64,000 nt of DNA, taken from contig OZ241362.1 of NCBI GenBank assembly GCA_965200315.1, positions 4,256,001 to 4,320,000 of the forward strand, in the 5' to 3' direction. Positions 19,614-29,441 of the stretch are shown here, in pieces. The notes beneath the pieces are model-generated. The model searched no databases and was not told where the DNA came from. It worked only from the letters and a program-made list of their open reading frames with translations. Origin of the DNA: Candidatus Latescibacterota bacterium. GTDB lineage: Bacteria > Latescibacterota > UBA2968 > UBA8231. The first letter of the stretch is position 1. Each line of letters starts with the position of its first letter. The position numbers and the translations under genes were made by a program.

Positions 19614-20645
19614 ATGAAAAAAAAGCAAGCTACCATCAAAGACATTGCACGGGAGTTGAAAATTTCGCATTCAACTGTCTCTCGGGCACTATCTGAGGAT
19701 CAAAAGGTCTCGGCATTAGTAGCTGAGAAGACCCGAAAACGGGTGCAACAAAAAGCCGCCGATTTGGACTACAGTCCCAATTTGATGGCGCAGGCGTTCG
19801 TAACGGGGAGGACGGGGACCTTGGGTTTGCTGACCTACGAGATTGCCCAGGAAACGATTGGCCGTCAGACTGATCGGATTTTGCGGGAGACTGACAAGCA
19901 AAGCTATCAGGTCCTGATAGGCATGGCCCCTAGCCGGCTTCAGGAGTTGCCGCTAGAGGACCAAACCTTGCAGATCGAACAGTTGCTTTCCCGGGGCATA
20001 GACGGGCTCTTGATTCATACGCGGGGAGACCAAAGAGAGTCCGAGCGCATTTCAAATGCCGTGCGGGGGCGAGTGCCGGTGGTGACTTTTACCCACCCGA
20101 TTCAAAACTTGAGTGGAGTTGTGGTGGAAGAGATAACGAGTTTTTTCGAGGCCACCGAGCATTTGATCCGGCTGGGGCACAAGCGGATCGGGTTTATCGG
20201 GATGGACTGGAATGAGAACTTCAGAGGTGCCGCCAAGGGCAAGGGATATCTGCTGGCGATGCAAAAGCACGGCTTGATCCCCAAACGCATACCTAGCAGA
20301 ACTTTTGCTAAAAAACCAACGCATTGCCTAGAGAAAAGGCTCGACGACCAGTTTACAGCTCTTGTGTGCCGAAACGATTATACGGCCATAATCGCTTGTC
20401 ACGGGCTAAGGGCAGCAGGCCTTCGCGTCCCCGAGGATGTGGCTGTGGTGGGAAATGGCGATCTGGGGTTAGCGGCGTATGTGACACCGGCACTGACTAC
20501 CTTGGCAACTCCCTATGAGGCGATTGCCCAAGCGGCGATGGAGTTGATGCTGGAACAGCTTGAAGGGCAGGATATGTCTCGGCAAGTAACCTTGAAATCG
20601 CCGCTGGTTGTGCGGGATTCCTGCGGGGCGAACGGCAGAGAATAA
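19614..20645 (+). CDS. LacI family transcriptional regulator
   Basis: TIKDIARELKISHSTVSRAL HTH, YSPN, VPEDVAVVG, PALTT. Confidence 0.92.
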   Translation: MKKKQATIKDIARELKISHSTVSRALSEDQKVSALVAEKTRKRVQQKAADLDYSPNLMAQAFVTGRTGTLGLLTYEIAQETIGRQTDRILRETDKQSYQVLIGMAPSRLQELPLEDQTLQIEQLLSRGIDGLLIHTRGDQRESERISNAVRGRVPVVTFTHPIQNLSGVVVEEITSFFEATEHLIRLGHKRIGFIGMDWNENFRGAAKGKGYLLAMQKHGLIPKRIPSRTFAKKPTHCLEKRLDDQFTALVCRNDYTAIIACHGLRAAGLRVPEDVAVVGNGDLGLAAYVTPALTTLATPYEAIAQAAMELMLEQLEGQDMSRQVTLKSPLVVRDSCGANGRE

Positions 20646-20662
20646 TCGGAACAGTGCTTGGC

Positions 20663-20690
20663 TTGACAGTGTAGCGATAGAGGGTACATT
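20663..20690 (+). promoter_or_regulatory. Putative sigma70 promoter
   Basis: TTGACA-N16-TACATT upstream of the HTH-less LacI paralog. Confidence 0.5.
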
Positions 20691-20711
20691 AATCGGTTTA
20701 AATGCAAACGT

Positions 20712-21596
20712 GTGAATATAAGCATGATTAAGGAGTATGTCAATTTGATAACGCAGGGGAATGTAACGGAGAAGACAGGTACTTTAGGACTGCTGACCTA
20801 CAAAATTTTCGGGGCTATGTTCGGCCGGCAGATCGATCACATTTTGAGGGTAGCTTACGAGCGGGAGTATCAGGTCGTGATGGGCCGGATGCCTCTGACC
20901 CGACTGAACGACCAAGCCATGCAGATCGAAGCGTTGCTTTCCCAAGGCATAGACGGATTCTTGATTTATACGCAGGGCGACGGAGGGGAATCCACGCACA
21001 TTTTGCAGACCATACAGGGACGCGTACCGGTGGTGACGTTTCACGACCCAACTCAAATGAGTGGGGTCGTGCTGGACAATACAACGGGTTTTCGCGAGGC
21101 CACCGAGCATTTGATCCTGTTGGGGCACGAGCGGATCGGGTTTATCGGCGCAGACTCGGCGCAGACTTGCCTAGGGTCGGCCAAGGGGTATCTGCTGGCA
21201 ATGCAAAAGCACGGACTGACTCCCAAACGCATACCCGGTAAAATCACTAGTACAGAATCGGGGTATCGCTTGGGCAAAAGGCTTGGCGACGGGCTTTTTA
21301 CGGCCCTTGTGTGCCGGAACGATTATACGGCGATAGGCGTTTGTCGCGGGCTACGGGAAGCAGGTCTTCGCGTGCCCGGGGATGTGGCTGTTTTGGGGAA
21401 CGGCGCTATCGACATGGGGGAATATATGACACCAGCGCTGACGACTTTGGCAACTCCTTATGAGGAGATTGCCGAGGCGGTGATGGAGTTGATGCTGGAA
21501 CAGCTTGAGGGGAGGCAGGATGAGCCTCGGCAAATAACTTTGAAATCGTCGCTGATCGTGCGGGAGTCGTGCGGGGCGGACATAAGTAAAAAGTGA
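20712..21596 (+). CDS. LacI-family ligand-binding domain lacking the HTH (tandem paralog)
   Basis: Aligns with 19614-20645 from TGTLGLLTY onward; N-terminal HTH absent. Confidence 0.75.
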   Translation: MNISMIKEYVNLITQGNVTEKTGTLGLLTYKIFGAMFGRQIDHILRVAYEREYQVVMGRMPLTRLNDQAMQIEALLSQGIDGFLIYTQGDGGESTHILQTIQGRVPVVTFHDPTQMSGVVLDNTTGFREATEHLILLGHERIGFIGADSAQTCLGSAKGYLLAMQKHGLTPKRIPGKITSTESGYRLGKRLGDGLFTALVCRNDYTAIGVCRGLREAGLRVPGDVAVLGNGAIDMGEYMTPALTTLATPYEEIAEAVMELMLEQLEGRQDEPRQITLKSSLIVRESCGADISKK

Positions 21597-21662
21597 TCGC
21601 ATGGGTGCGCATTGCCCCGAGTGAGGGTGTGCCCTACATTGTAGAGACATTGAGTATATAGC

Positions 21663-21746
21663 TTCCGTTGGGGGTGGCCCGGCAGCGGGCCTGAGATTGA
21701 GACCCTTCGAACCTGAACTGGATCGTGCCAGCGTAGGAAAACGGAT
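21663..21746 (+). ncRNA. TPP riboswitch
   Basis: GGGGTG...CTGAGA...ACCCTTCGAACCTGAACTGGATCGTGCCAGCGTAGGAA; P1 TCCGTT/AACGGA; upstream of TonB receptor and thiN. Confidence 0.93.
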
Positions 21747-21766
21747 GCCGTACGCACCGCGTACGC

Positions 21767-21800
21767 ACCGCTGGCCCATCTAGGGGCGAGCGGTTTTTTT
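21767..21800 (+). terminator. Intrinsic terminator (riboswitch expression platform)
   Basis: CCGCTGGCCC-ATCTA-GGGGCGAGCGG imperfect hairpin followed by T7. Confidence 0.7.
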
Positions 21801-21848
21801 GTGCCCCTCGACGGATTCTTCCGCAAATCGAGACGAGGGAGCAGATTT

Positions 21849-24197
21849 ATGAGAATTTCACTACTATCGGTCAGCTTGCTGGTCGGTTTATTGACGCTGT
21901 CGGCGGTGTCTGTGGCGCAGGCCGAGGAAGTGCTTGGCCAAGTGCTAGATGCGGCCACGGGTCGTCCTTTGGCAGGGGCCAACGTGCAGGCCGGGGATAG
22001 GGCTACCACTACGGATGCCCAAGGCCGCTTCAAGATGGAGGCAGCCCTAGGCGATTCGCTCGACATTTCCTTTATCGGCTACCAGCGCACGCGGGTGGCG
22101 GTCGTCTTGCCGCTAGTCGTGGCCTTGGAACGCGCGATTTTGCAAGCGCCGGAGGTGGTGGTGGAAGGCGGTTTGGTGCGTCAGCGGCTTGACCGCTTGG
22201 CCGCGAGCGTTACAGTGTTAGAGGGGGAGCACTCGCGGGCCAGCGGAGCCGGGCACTTGCAGGATGCGACCCATGCGGTGCCCAATTTGAATTGGGCCGG
22301 CGGCTCGTCCCGGCCGCGTTATTTCCAGATCCGGGGCATTGGCGAGCGCAGCCATTACGCCGGCGAAGGGCCGCCCAGTTTTTCGGTGGGATTCGTCATG
22401 GACGACGTTGACTTGAGCGGCATGGGCACGGCTGGGTTGCTCTTTGACGTCGATCAGGTCGAGGTCTTCAAAGGCCCTCAGTCAACCATTTTTGGTCCCA
22501 ATGCCTTGGCTGGCCTAATCAACCTGCGCTCGGCCGATCCCCAGCAGGAGTTTGCCGGAGCGGGCAGCGCTGAGATGGGCAGCTATGGTTTAGGGCGTTT
22601 TTCCGGGGCGGTAAATCTGCCGGTCGGGAGCGATCTGGCACTGCGCGTGGGGTACGAGAACGGTCGTTCCAACGGCTTCCGCAGCAATTCCTTTCTCGAT
22701 GCCGACGATACCAATAAGCGGCGCGAGCAGTTGTTGCGCACCAAGGTCGGCTGGACCCCGGCGGCTGGTCCCGAGGTGTTGGGGACCTTCTTTTGGGCCG
22801 ATATGGACAATGGGTACGACGCCTGGGTTCCCGACAACAACGAGGACTTGACCACCTATTCCGACAAGCCGGGCAAGGACCGCCAGCAAACGACCGGCGC
22901 CTCGCTCAAGAGCACTTGGGGGCTGGGCGCGAGCGGCGCGGAATTGGTCGCGATTACCGCGTTTTCGCGCAGCGAATTGGAGCACAGCTACGACGGCGAT
23001 TGGGGCAACGACGAGTACTGGCTAGCGGAGCATGGATTTGACCCAGACGCCGAGGGGTGGAGCTACGACTTTTTCGACCGCAATGTGCGCGACCGCACGG
23101 TTGTGAGCCAAGAGGCCCGGGTCTTGGTTGAGGAACTGGTGGTGGGAGCCTATTGGAAGCGTCTCGAAGAGGAAGACCATGCCGCGGGCTATTTGTTCGG
23201 CGGCGACGCCACTGATCTGAATGGGCGCTACGAGATCGACAACCTAGCTTTTTACGGCCAGTACGGGCTGACCTTGGGCGAAAAATTGCGCTTGGAAGTC
23301 AATGCGCGGCTCGACCGCAACGACACGGCCTACGAAGGGACGACGGCGAATTACGGGGCCGATAGCACGAGCACTGCGTTTGCCGTTGATCAATGGCTGG
23401 GCGGTGGCAAAGCGGCCCTCAGTTACGACTGGCGTCCGGGCCAAACCTTATATGCTTCGGCCTCGCGCGGTTACCGCTCCGGCGGGGTCAACCAGCACCC
23501 GTACTTGGCCGCGGAAAACCGCCCCTATAACCCCGAGTACATAGTCAATTTTGAACTCGGCTGGCGGGCCAGCGGACCGCGCTCTTCCACCGGATTGACC
23601 CTGTTCCACGCCCTGCGCTCGGACCAGCAGGTCGAGCTGTCGAGCCAGCAGGATCCGGGCGATCCCAACAGCTTTTTCTACTTCACGGCCAATGCCGTCA
23701 AAGGCCGCAACAGCGGCTTGGAATGGGAGCATACCGTCCGCCTCCTGCCCCAAGTCGAACTCTTCGGCTCGCTAGGTCTGCTTACTACCCACATCGATAC
23801 GTACACCTTCCCCACGGAAGATGGGGAAGTAACGCTGGGCGACCGGGCCGCAGCTTATGCCCCCAACTACACCTTCAGCTTAGGAGGCGAGTACCGCCAT
23901 CGGTCGGGTTTGGGGGCGCGGCTGGTCCTGATCGGCATGGACCAATTCTTCTACTCCGATGGCCACGACCAAGTCTCAGAGCCTTATCGATTGGTCAACG
24001 CCCACATTGCCTACCAGTCGGATGAGTGGTCCGTGCAACTATGGGGGCGCAACCTGCTCGACGAGCGCTACGCTGTGCGCGGCTTCTACTTTGGCCTAGA
24101 GCCGCCCGATTACGCCGACAAGCTGTACAAAAGCTACGGCGATCCGCGCCAAGTCGGCGTGCGGCTGACGACGCAGTTTTCTTCCTTGGGAAACTGA
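21849..24197 (+). CDS. TonB-dependent receptor, probably thiamine uptake
   Basis: Signal peptide, CarboxypepD-like N-domain, plug (FQIRG, VEVFKGPQST), GRNLLDE; TPP riboswitch upstream. Confidence 0.88.
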   Translation: MRISLLSVSLLVGLLTLSAVSVAQAEEVLGQVLDAATGRPLAGANVQAGDRATTTDAQGRFKMEAALGDSLDISFIGYQRTRVAVVLPLVVALERAILQAPEVVVEGGLVRQRLDRLAASVTVLEGEHSRASGAGHLQDATHAVPNLNWAGGSSRPRYFQIRGIGERSHYAGEGPPSFSVGFVMDDVDLSGMGTAGLLFDVDQVEVFKGPQSTIFGPNALAGLINLRSADPQQEFAGAGSAEMGSYGLGRFSGAVNLPVGSDLALRVGYENGRSNGFRSNSFLDADDTNKRREQLLRTKVGWTPAAGPEVLGTFFWADMDNGYDAWVPDNNEDLTTYSDKPGKDRQQTTGASLKSTWGLGASGAELVAITAFSRSELEHSYDGDWGNDEYWLAEHGFDPDAEGWSYDFFDRNVRDRTVVSQEARVLVEELVVGAYWKRLEEEDHAAGYLFGGDATDLNGRYEIDNLAFYGQYGLTLGEKLRLEVNARLDRNDTAYEGTTANYGADSTSTAFAVDQWLGGGKAALSYDWRPGQTLYASASRGYRSGGVNQHPYLAAENRPYNPEYIVNFELGWRASGPRSSTGLTLFHALRSDQQVELSSQQDPGDPNSFFYFTANAVKGRNSGLEWEHTVRLLPQVELFGSLGLLTTHIDTYTFPTEDGEVTLGDRAAAYAPNYTFSLGGEYRHRSGLGARLVLIGMDQFFYSDGHDQVSEPYRLVNAHIAYQSDEWSVQLWGRNLLDERYAVRGFYFGLEPPDYADKLYKSYGDPRQVGVRLTTQFSSLGN

Positions 24198-24201
24198 AGC
24201 C

Positions 24202-24867
24202 GTGAGCGGTCGATCTGCGCTGATCGTCGGTAATGGCGAGCCGCCCTCCCGAGAATTATTCGCCGCCTGCGCCCAAGAAGCCGAGCTGATCCTGTGTGCC
24301 GATGGCGGGGCTAATACCGCCTTGGAGTACGGGTACGCGCCCGATTACGTCGTCGGCGACCTCGACTCGGTTAGCCGCCAAAGCAAGGCCGCCCTCGCCG
24401 CCGACCGCGTCGTCCTCGTTGACCCCGAGGGCAATGTGGGCACAGATGGCCAGAAAGTCCTCAACCACGCGGTCGCCTTGGGCGTTACTAAGGCCGTCCT
24501 GCTCGGTTTTACGGGACGGCGCACCGATCACCTGCTGGGCAATTTGAGCCTGCTCAAGACTTTTGCCGACCGCCTCGCCTTGTGCATAGTGGACGACTAC
24601 TGCGGCATCCGCCTCATCGACCGCTGCATCCGCTTTCGCGCCGCTATTGGTCAAAAAATTTCCCTGTGCCCGCTCGACGGCGCGGCCGAAGGCATTACCA
24701 CCAAGGGGCTGAAATGGGCCTTGCGGTCCGAAAGCCTCATTCCGGGTGTGCGCGACGGCATCTCCAACGAGGTGGTGGATAACCCGGTCGAAATTCGGGT
24801 CGGGCGCGGCGATTTGTTGTTGTGTGTGCAGCGGGAGGGAGGTTGCGGCCAAATTATCTTGGAGTGA
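24202..24867 (+). CDS. thiN: Thiamine diphosphokinase
   Basis: CADGGA, VGDLDS, TD, GRRTDH, TKGLKW and GISNE motifs. Confidence 0.9.
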   Translation: MSGRSALIVGNGEPPSRELFAACAQEAELILCADGGANTALEYGYAPDYVVGDLDSVSRQSKAALAADRVVLVDPEGNVGTDGQKVLNHAVALGVTKAVLLGFTGRRTDHLLGNLSLLKTFADRLALCIVDDYCGIRLIDRCIRFRAAIGQKISLCPLDGAAEGITTKGLKWALRSESLIPGVRDGISNEVVDNPVEIRVGRGDLLLCVQREGGCGQIILE

Positions 24868-24912
24868 TTATATTCGTAAAAGCGTTGTAAAAGCCACTTA
24901 GGGCAAATAGCG

Positions 24913-25770
24913 ATGACCAATACATGCGAGAGCCGTAAAGCGACAGGAGGATGTAAACCGCTGCCAGAATTTGCAAGGCCGCCCGTCGTCGAAGTCGCTG
25001 TCTCGGTGCAGTTTGATGCGCCGGTCCTCGATGGTCCTCTAATCGCGCTTAGATGGGGTCAGGTTCGCGATCGGTTCCCACTACGTGAAGAGACCGCCCC
25101 GCTAACCCCAACAATCGAGACATTCGGGGAGCCGCAAGAGCCTCGGATCGAGATTCAGTTCAGCGGCGCTTCGCCTACCCGACGGCTTTTGATGCTGAGT
25201 GAGTTCAAAACGAAACTATTGCAAATCCAAAAAGATCTATTCGGGTACAGTTGGCGGAAGCTCCAACCACAACATGAATATCCGCGCTACGAGCAAATAC
25301 GAAACGACTTCGAGAGCGAACTTGTCGCCTTCCATACCTTTCTCTCCGCAGAAGGGCTCAACGATCTATCCCCCATCCAGTGCGAAGTAACCTACGTCAA
25401 CGTCATCTTGTCCGAAGAACATGTCCGGATCAGGCATTCGGACTTGGGAAGAGTAATCCCTTCGGCGACACCCCGCCTCACCGCAGGCTTTCTGCCACCG
25501 CCCGAGCAGACGAGATACGCCTCTCAATATGTCATTCCCGGCGAGGGAAATGTCCCTCAAGGCAGACTATATGTGAGTGTCGAACCAACGCATCACATGA
25601 CGGACAAGACGCCGATGTACCTGATGAAACTCACATTTCGAGGTGCCCCCCAGGGGGACGGTACGGATGGTATCATCAAGGCTATGGACCTTGGGCACGA
25701 GTGGATCGTCCAAGGATTTGCGACGCTAACTTCGAGTGAGATGCACCGCGTTTGGAGGAGGACGAATTGA
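24913..25770 (+). CDS. TIGR04255 family protein
   Basis: FARPPVVEVAVSVQF, LLQIQ...SWRK, YPRYE, EVTYVN and F..LT motifs. Confidence 0.8.
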   Translation: MTNTCESRKATGGCKPLPEFARPPVVEVAVSVQFDAPVLDGPLIALRWGQVRDRFPLREETAPLTPTIETFGEPQEPRIEIQFSGASPTRRLLMLSEFKTKLLQIQKDLFGYSWRKLQPQHEYPRYEQIRNDFESELVAFHTFLSAEGLNDLSPIQCEVTYVNVILSEEHVRIRHSDLGRVIPSATPRLTAGFLPPPEQTRYASQYVIPGEGNVPQGRLYVSVEPTHHMTDKTPMYLMKLTFRGAPQGDGTDGIIKAMDLGHEWIVQGFATLTSSEMHRVWRRTN

Positions 25771-26315
25771 CAACTATCGCACTTAGCCCGAGCCTGAATG
25801 TACAGGAGTGGCACTCTCCAGACAGTGCTACTTTCAATGATTTTCTACAGGTTCCCCCTTTAGTGCCTACGAGTGAAACAATCTCCTCGCCCGATACTGA
25901 AATCTATGTCCATGACAACAGGGTAATTGACATTGAGGTGCGGCCTATTAGGGGGCAAAATCTACACGCGATGGAATGGTTCTACCCCACGCTTCGTGCG
26001 ATGGCCGCTCTGCCGTGGCGGACGGACAATTGGAGTTCCGGTGCTACGCGTACTCAAGGTGCAGCGATTGCCTGTATGGTAGAGACATTGCTTGAGGTGC
26101 TCGACAGCCACACACCGCCTCCCGCTGTCGTGCCTACTTGGAATGGAGGAGTACAAGTTGAATGGCATCGCAACGGCATTGATCTTGAGATCGAAGTGGA
26201 TCCAGAGGGCGAGATAGAGTATTTCTTTAAGAGTCCTGACGAAGAGTACGAAGGGCGAATCAGCGGCGATTTTAGTCCATTGTCTGAGTATGCGCGGGCA
26301 GTGCTTGAAAGCTAG
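25752..26315 (+). CDS. Hypothetical protein of TIGR04255 cassette
   Basis: NW..GA and PAVVPTWNGGVQVEW...LEIEV motifs; overlaps upstream gene; start uncertain. Confidence 0.6.
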   Translation: MEEDELTTIALSPSLNVQEWHSPDSATFNDFLQVPPLVPTSETISSPDTEIYVHDNRVIDIEVRPIRGQNLHAMEWFYPTLRAMAALPWRTDNWSSGATRTQGAAIACMVETLLEVLDSHTPPPAVVPTWNGGVQVEWHRNGIDLEIEVDPEGEIEYFFKSPDEEYEGRISGDFSPLSEYARAVLES

Positions 26316-26336
26316 AAGTCACAGCCCGAGTAAACG

Positions 26337-26710
26337 ATGGAATGCGACGACGCCAGCATTAGCGACGATGAAATCGTACTCCGCCGCGTCGCTGAGAATT
26401 TCGTTACTGACGATCAAAACCTCCAAAAGCTTCGGCCTTCGACTCAAGCGTTCAAGCAGGGTGGCCCTGATGGACTCGTTTCCGTGTATCTGTTTTCGGA
26501 GACCAACCCGGCTGCGGTTGCGGATGAGGGACCCGAAAAATACCTAGCGTCTGTAAGAGTGGGAAGATTACGCGAGTTGGGGTTGGGAGTAGTTCGCGAT
26601 CCCTCGTCGGGTGTCCTGGGCACTGCGTTATCACGGGTAGGAAGACCAAGGGAAGGCTAAACCGGATCGTCTGCGAGGCCGAGTGGGTCAACGGGTACGC
26701 ACCCGTATAA
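26337..26710 (+). pseudogene. Small ART/RES-like protein with apparent frameshift near 26611
   Basis: VLRRV, RPS..AF, SVYL, LGLGVVRDP; adding one G gives GGPGHCVITGRKTKGRLNRIVCEAEWV...TAA 26710. Confidence 0.5.
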
Positions 26711-26783
26711 GAGACCTTCACCGCGCCACCCGTTTTCACGGGCGCAGGCTTTTAGGCGTGCCATCCAGTTTTGTTAGGGCCTC
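26711..26783. mobile_element. About 73-bp MITE-like element (copy 2)
   Basis: Ends TATAAGAGACCT and AGGGCCTCTTATA are inverted repeats; interior matches 6893-6941 inverted. Confidence 0.6.
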
Positions 26784-27020
26784 TTATAGCAATCCCACGT
26801 CCTTCATAAGATGAAAAGCATGACGGGGTGCGCGGGCGTCTCGCTTGCGGGCAGGGAACGCAGCGAAGACGGTGCCGCTGAACGTTCCATGCTTGTAAGT
26901 CATGTAGGATTGCTATAGTACATCCTCCTCGTCCCGTGTCGCCAAGCCGAACCATCGGCCACCCTCCGACACCCTAAACCCACCACCAACACACCGCGTT
27001 TTCCCGCTGCTCCAAGCCAG

Positions 27021-27162
27021 CGAAAGCCTCATTCCGGGTGTGCGCGACGGCATCTCCAACGAAGTGGTGGATAACCCGGTCGAAATTCAGGTCGGGCGCG
27101 GCGATTTGTTGTTGTGTGTGCAGCCGCAGAGCGCGTTAGGGCAGATCGAATTGTTGGATTAG
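27021..27162 (+). repeat. Duplicated 3' end of thiN with alternative C-terminus
   Basis: 27021-27124 matches 24729-24832 with 2 mismatches, then reads QPQSALGQIELLD* versus QREGGCGQIILE*. Confidence 0.9.
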
Positions 27163-28095
27163 TCAGGCCGAGCAGCTAGCGCCTCCGAGGACGCAAAATT
27201 GGGCGCAGTGCGGGTGGTTGAGCGCCACCGGACTCGAGGCTTCGGCCAAGGTCCGGCCCATCTCAAAGGCCGCGTCATAAGGCAGCAGGGTACAGGAGAG
27301 CACGACCGGAGAATCCGCGCCCTTGCGCTTGACGACCATGCGCGACGAGGCGCACATGATGTCGTCGGGCGACTGGCCGAGAATGTCCCAGCAGCCGGTG
27401 GTGATTTCGGGAACATCGACTGAGGAGTTCATTTCCGGGAAGATCACGAGCTGGCTGGGGTCGGCTGCGTCAATGCACACGCCGAGGTCGGCAAAAAGAC
27501 GGGCGAAGCCAGCGCGCAACGCGCTTTCTTCGCCGCCCCAGAGCATGCGGCTAGCGGCTGTTAGGTGGAAGCCGCATGCGGAAAGCCAGCGCAAGCCCTC
27601 GATCATCGGTGCCCAAGAGTGCTCGCCGCGCTCTACCTCGTGCAAAGCCGGCTCGTAGTGGTCGATGGAGACGCGGATCGCCAGCCGGTCGCCGTGCGCC
27701 TCGCGCAGCCGCAACAGGCCGTCGGCGCACTTCATCATCGGCCGCATGGCGTTGGTCAGCACCAAGCTCTCAAAGCCCCGTCCCAGCACATCCTCCAGCA
27801 TGTCGAGCATCTCGGGATTCATAAAAGGCTCGCCGCCAGTGAAGCCGATCTCGCACGTGCCCAGCCGGTCGCGCTCGATTTCGTCGAGATAGGCCGCCAC
27901 TTCTGCCGCCGTGAGGTACGCCAAGCGGTCGTTGCGCGGGCTCGATTCGATGTAGCAGTTGGCGCACTCTAAATTGCAGAGCGTGCCGGTGTTGAACCAC
28001 AGGGTCTCCAGCCGCGTCAACGCTACGCGAGCGCGTTCCTCTCCGTCGGCGGTGATGTCGGGGTCTTGGAATTTGCGTGGGTCTAGGTGGGGCAT
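27163..28095 (-). CDS. Radical SAM protein
   Basis: CNLECANC, FTGGEPF, LTN; C-terminal Cys cluster. Confidence 0.88.
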   Translation of the reverse strand: MPHLDPRKFQDPDITADGEERARVALTRLETLWFNTGTLCNLECANCYIESSPRNDRLAYLTAAEVAAYLDEIERDRLGTCEIGFTGGEPFMNPEMLDMLEDVLGRGFESLVLTNAMRPMMKCADGLLRLREAHGDRLAIRVSIDHYEPALHEVERGEHSWAPMIEGLRWLSACGFHLTAASRMLWGGEESALRAGFARLFADLGVCIDAADPSQLVIFPEMNSSVDVPEITTGCWDILGQSPDDIMCASSRMVVKRKGADSPVVLSCTLLPYDAAFEMGRTLAEASSPVALNHPHCAQFCVLGGASCSA

Positions 28096-28324
28096 GCTGT
28101 CTCCGGTTTGGCCCTCCGGGGATCGCTTGGGCGTCGTAGGCTGCAAAAGAGTCGATAGTTTAACAGGCTGTCAAGACGCCCGGTGCGTACAGCAGGGGGG
28201 AGGCTCTGGCGAAGTTTGGGTCGGATGAGTAGGTTGTCTGCGGCATAGAAAGGCGAACCACACGCGGTTTTCAAGGGCGAGACGCCCTCGTTCCCATCGG
28301 AGCTGCATAGAAAGGAGAATTACC

Positions 28325-29401
28325 ATGAAGAAGCACACAGTAGCTATCATCGGCCTCGGGCGCATGGGCAGCACCATTGATGACGAAGGGCACGGTCGCT
28401 TGCCTTATTCGGTTGCAGCCGCAACGAGGGCGAGCGAGCGGCTGGAGCTCGTGGCCGGAGCGGACCTACTGCCGGATAAGCGCGATGCGTTTCAAAGCCG
28501 CTGGGGCGTGGCCGTGTACGAGGACTTCCGCGACATGATCAGCCGCGAAGAGCCAGACATCGTAGCCATCTGCACGGCGGCCTGTTTGCCCAAGCCCGCC
28601 AGAGAGGCCCCGGACGCGAGTTTTCGCGGCGACTCGCACGCCGATCTAGCGGTAGCGGTGGCCGATCTGGGCGTGCCGATGATCTACCTCGAAAAGGCCA
28701 TGGCCAGCTCAATGGAGCGCGCCGACGAAATCCGCGATGCTGTAAAGCGCAACAACGCGCTCTTCAACACGGGCGTCCTGCGCCGCTTTGACAACCGCTA
28801 CGAGGTGGTCAAGGACGCGGTCGCCGCCGGTCAGGTCGGCGAGGTGCGGGCCGTGATTCACTACGCCAGTTCCAGCCTGATGCACGGGCACATCCATTCG
28901 ATCGACACGGTGTCCTATCTCATCGGCGACCCGGCGATTGAAGCTGTGCGCGGCGAGCTGTTGCCGCGCGGCTTGCAAGTCGAGGGCAATCACATTCCGT
29001 CTGATCCTTTGGCCACCTATCAACTGCGCTTTGCCAACGGCGTCGAGGCGTGGTCCATTCCAGCGGCCCCGTGGGAATTCGAGGTTATCGGCTCGGAGGG
29101 CGCGATTCGCTCGGGCAACAATGGGGCCAACGTTTTGCTGCGCCAGCCCGGCACCGTGCAAGGACGGAACGCCTTGTGGGAGGAGGTATCTGTCGATCCG
29201 GTGACGCCGCGCAGTACGACGCAGTGCTGCTTGGAGGATTTGGTTGAGGCGCACGAATCCGGCCAACCCACGCGCGGCCACATCGACGTGACGCACCACA
29301 TCACCGAAGCCACCATTGCCGTCGCCGAGAGCCATCGCCAAGGCGGTGCTTGGGTGGAGTTACCGCTGCCTTCGCGCGACTTGTACATTTTTCACGTCTA
29401 G
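28325..29401 (+). CDS. Gfo/Idh/MocA oxidoreductase
   Basis: IIGLGRMG, EPDIVAICT, LEKAM, RRF. Confidence 0.85.
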   Translation: MKKHTVAIIGLGRMGSTIDDEGHGRLPYSVAAATRASERLELVAGADLLPDKRDAFQSRWGVAVYEDFRDMISREEPDIVAICTAACLPKPAREAPDASFRGDSHADLAVAVADLGVPMIYLEKAMASSMERADEIRDAVKRNNALFNTGVLRRFDNRYEVVKDAVAAGQVGEVRAVIHYASSSLMHGHIHSIDTVSYLIGDPAIEAVRGELLPRGLQVEGNHIPSDPLATYQLRFANGVEAWSIPAAPWEFEVIGSEGAIRSGNNGANVLLRQPGTVQGRNALWEEVSVDPVTPRSTTQCCLEDLVEAHESGQPTRGHIDVTHHITEATIAVAESHRQGGAWVELPLPSRDLYIFHV

Positions 29402-29441
29402 GGGCCTCTACCTCTACCTACTTACTACTGAAAGGATACAC

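Noticed and set aside
26790-27000. Possible transposase remnant between the MITE and the thiN duplicate
   Set aside because: No convincing motif in any frame; cannot be supported without BLASTX.
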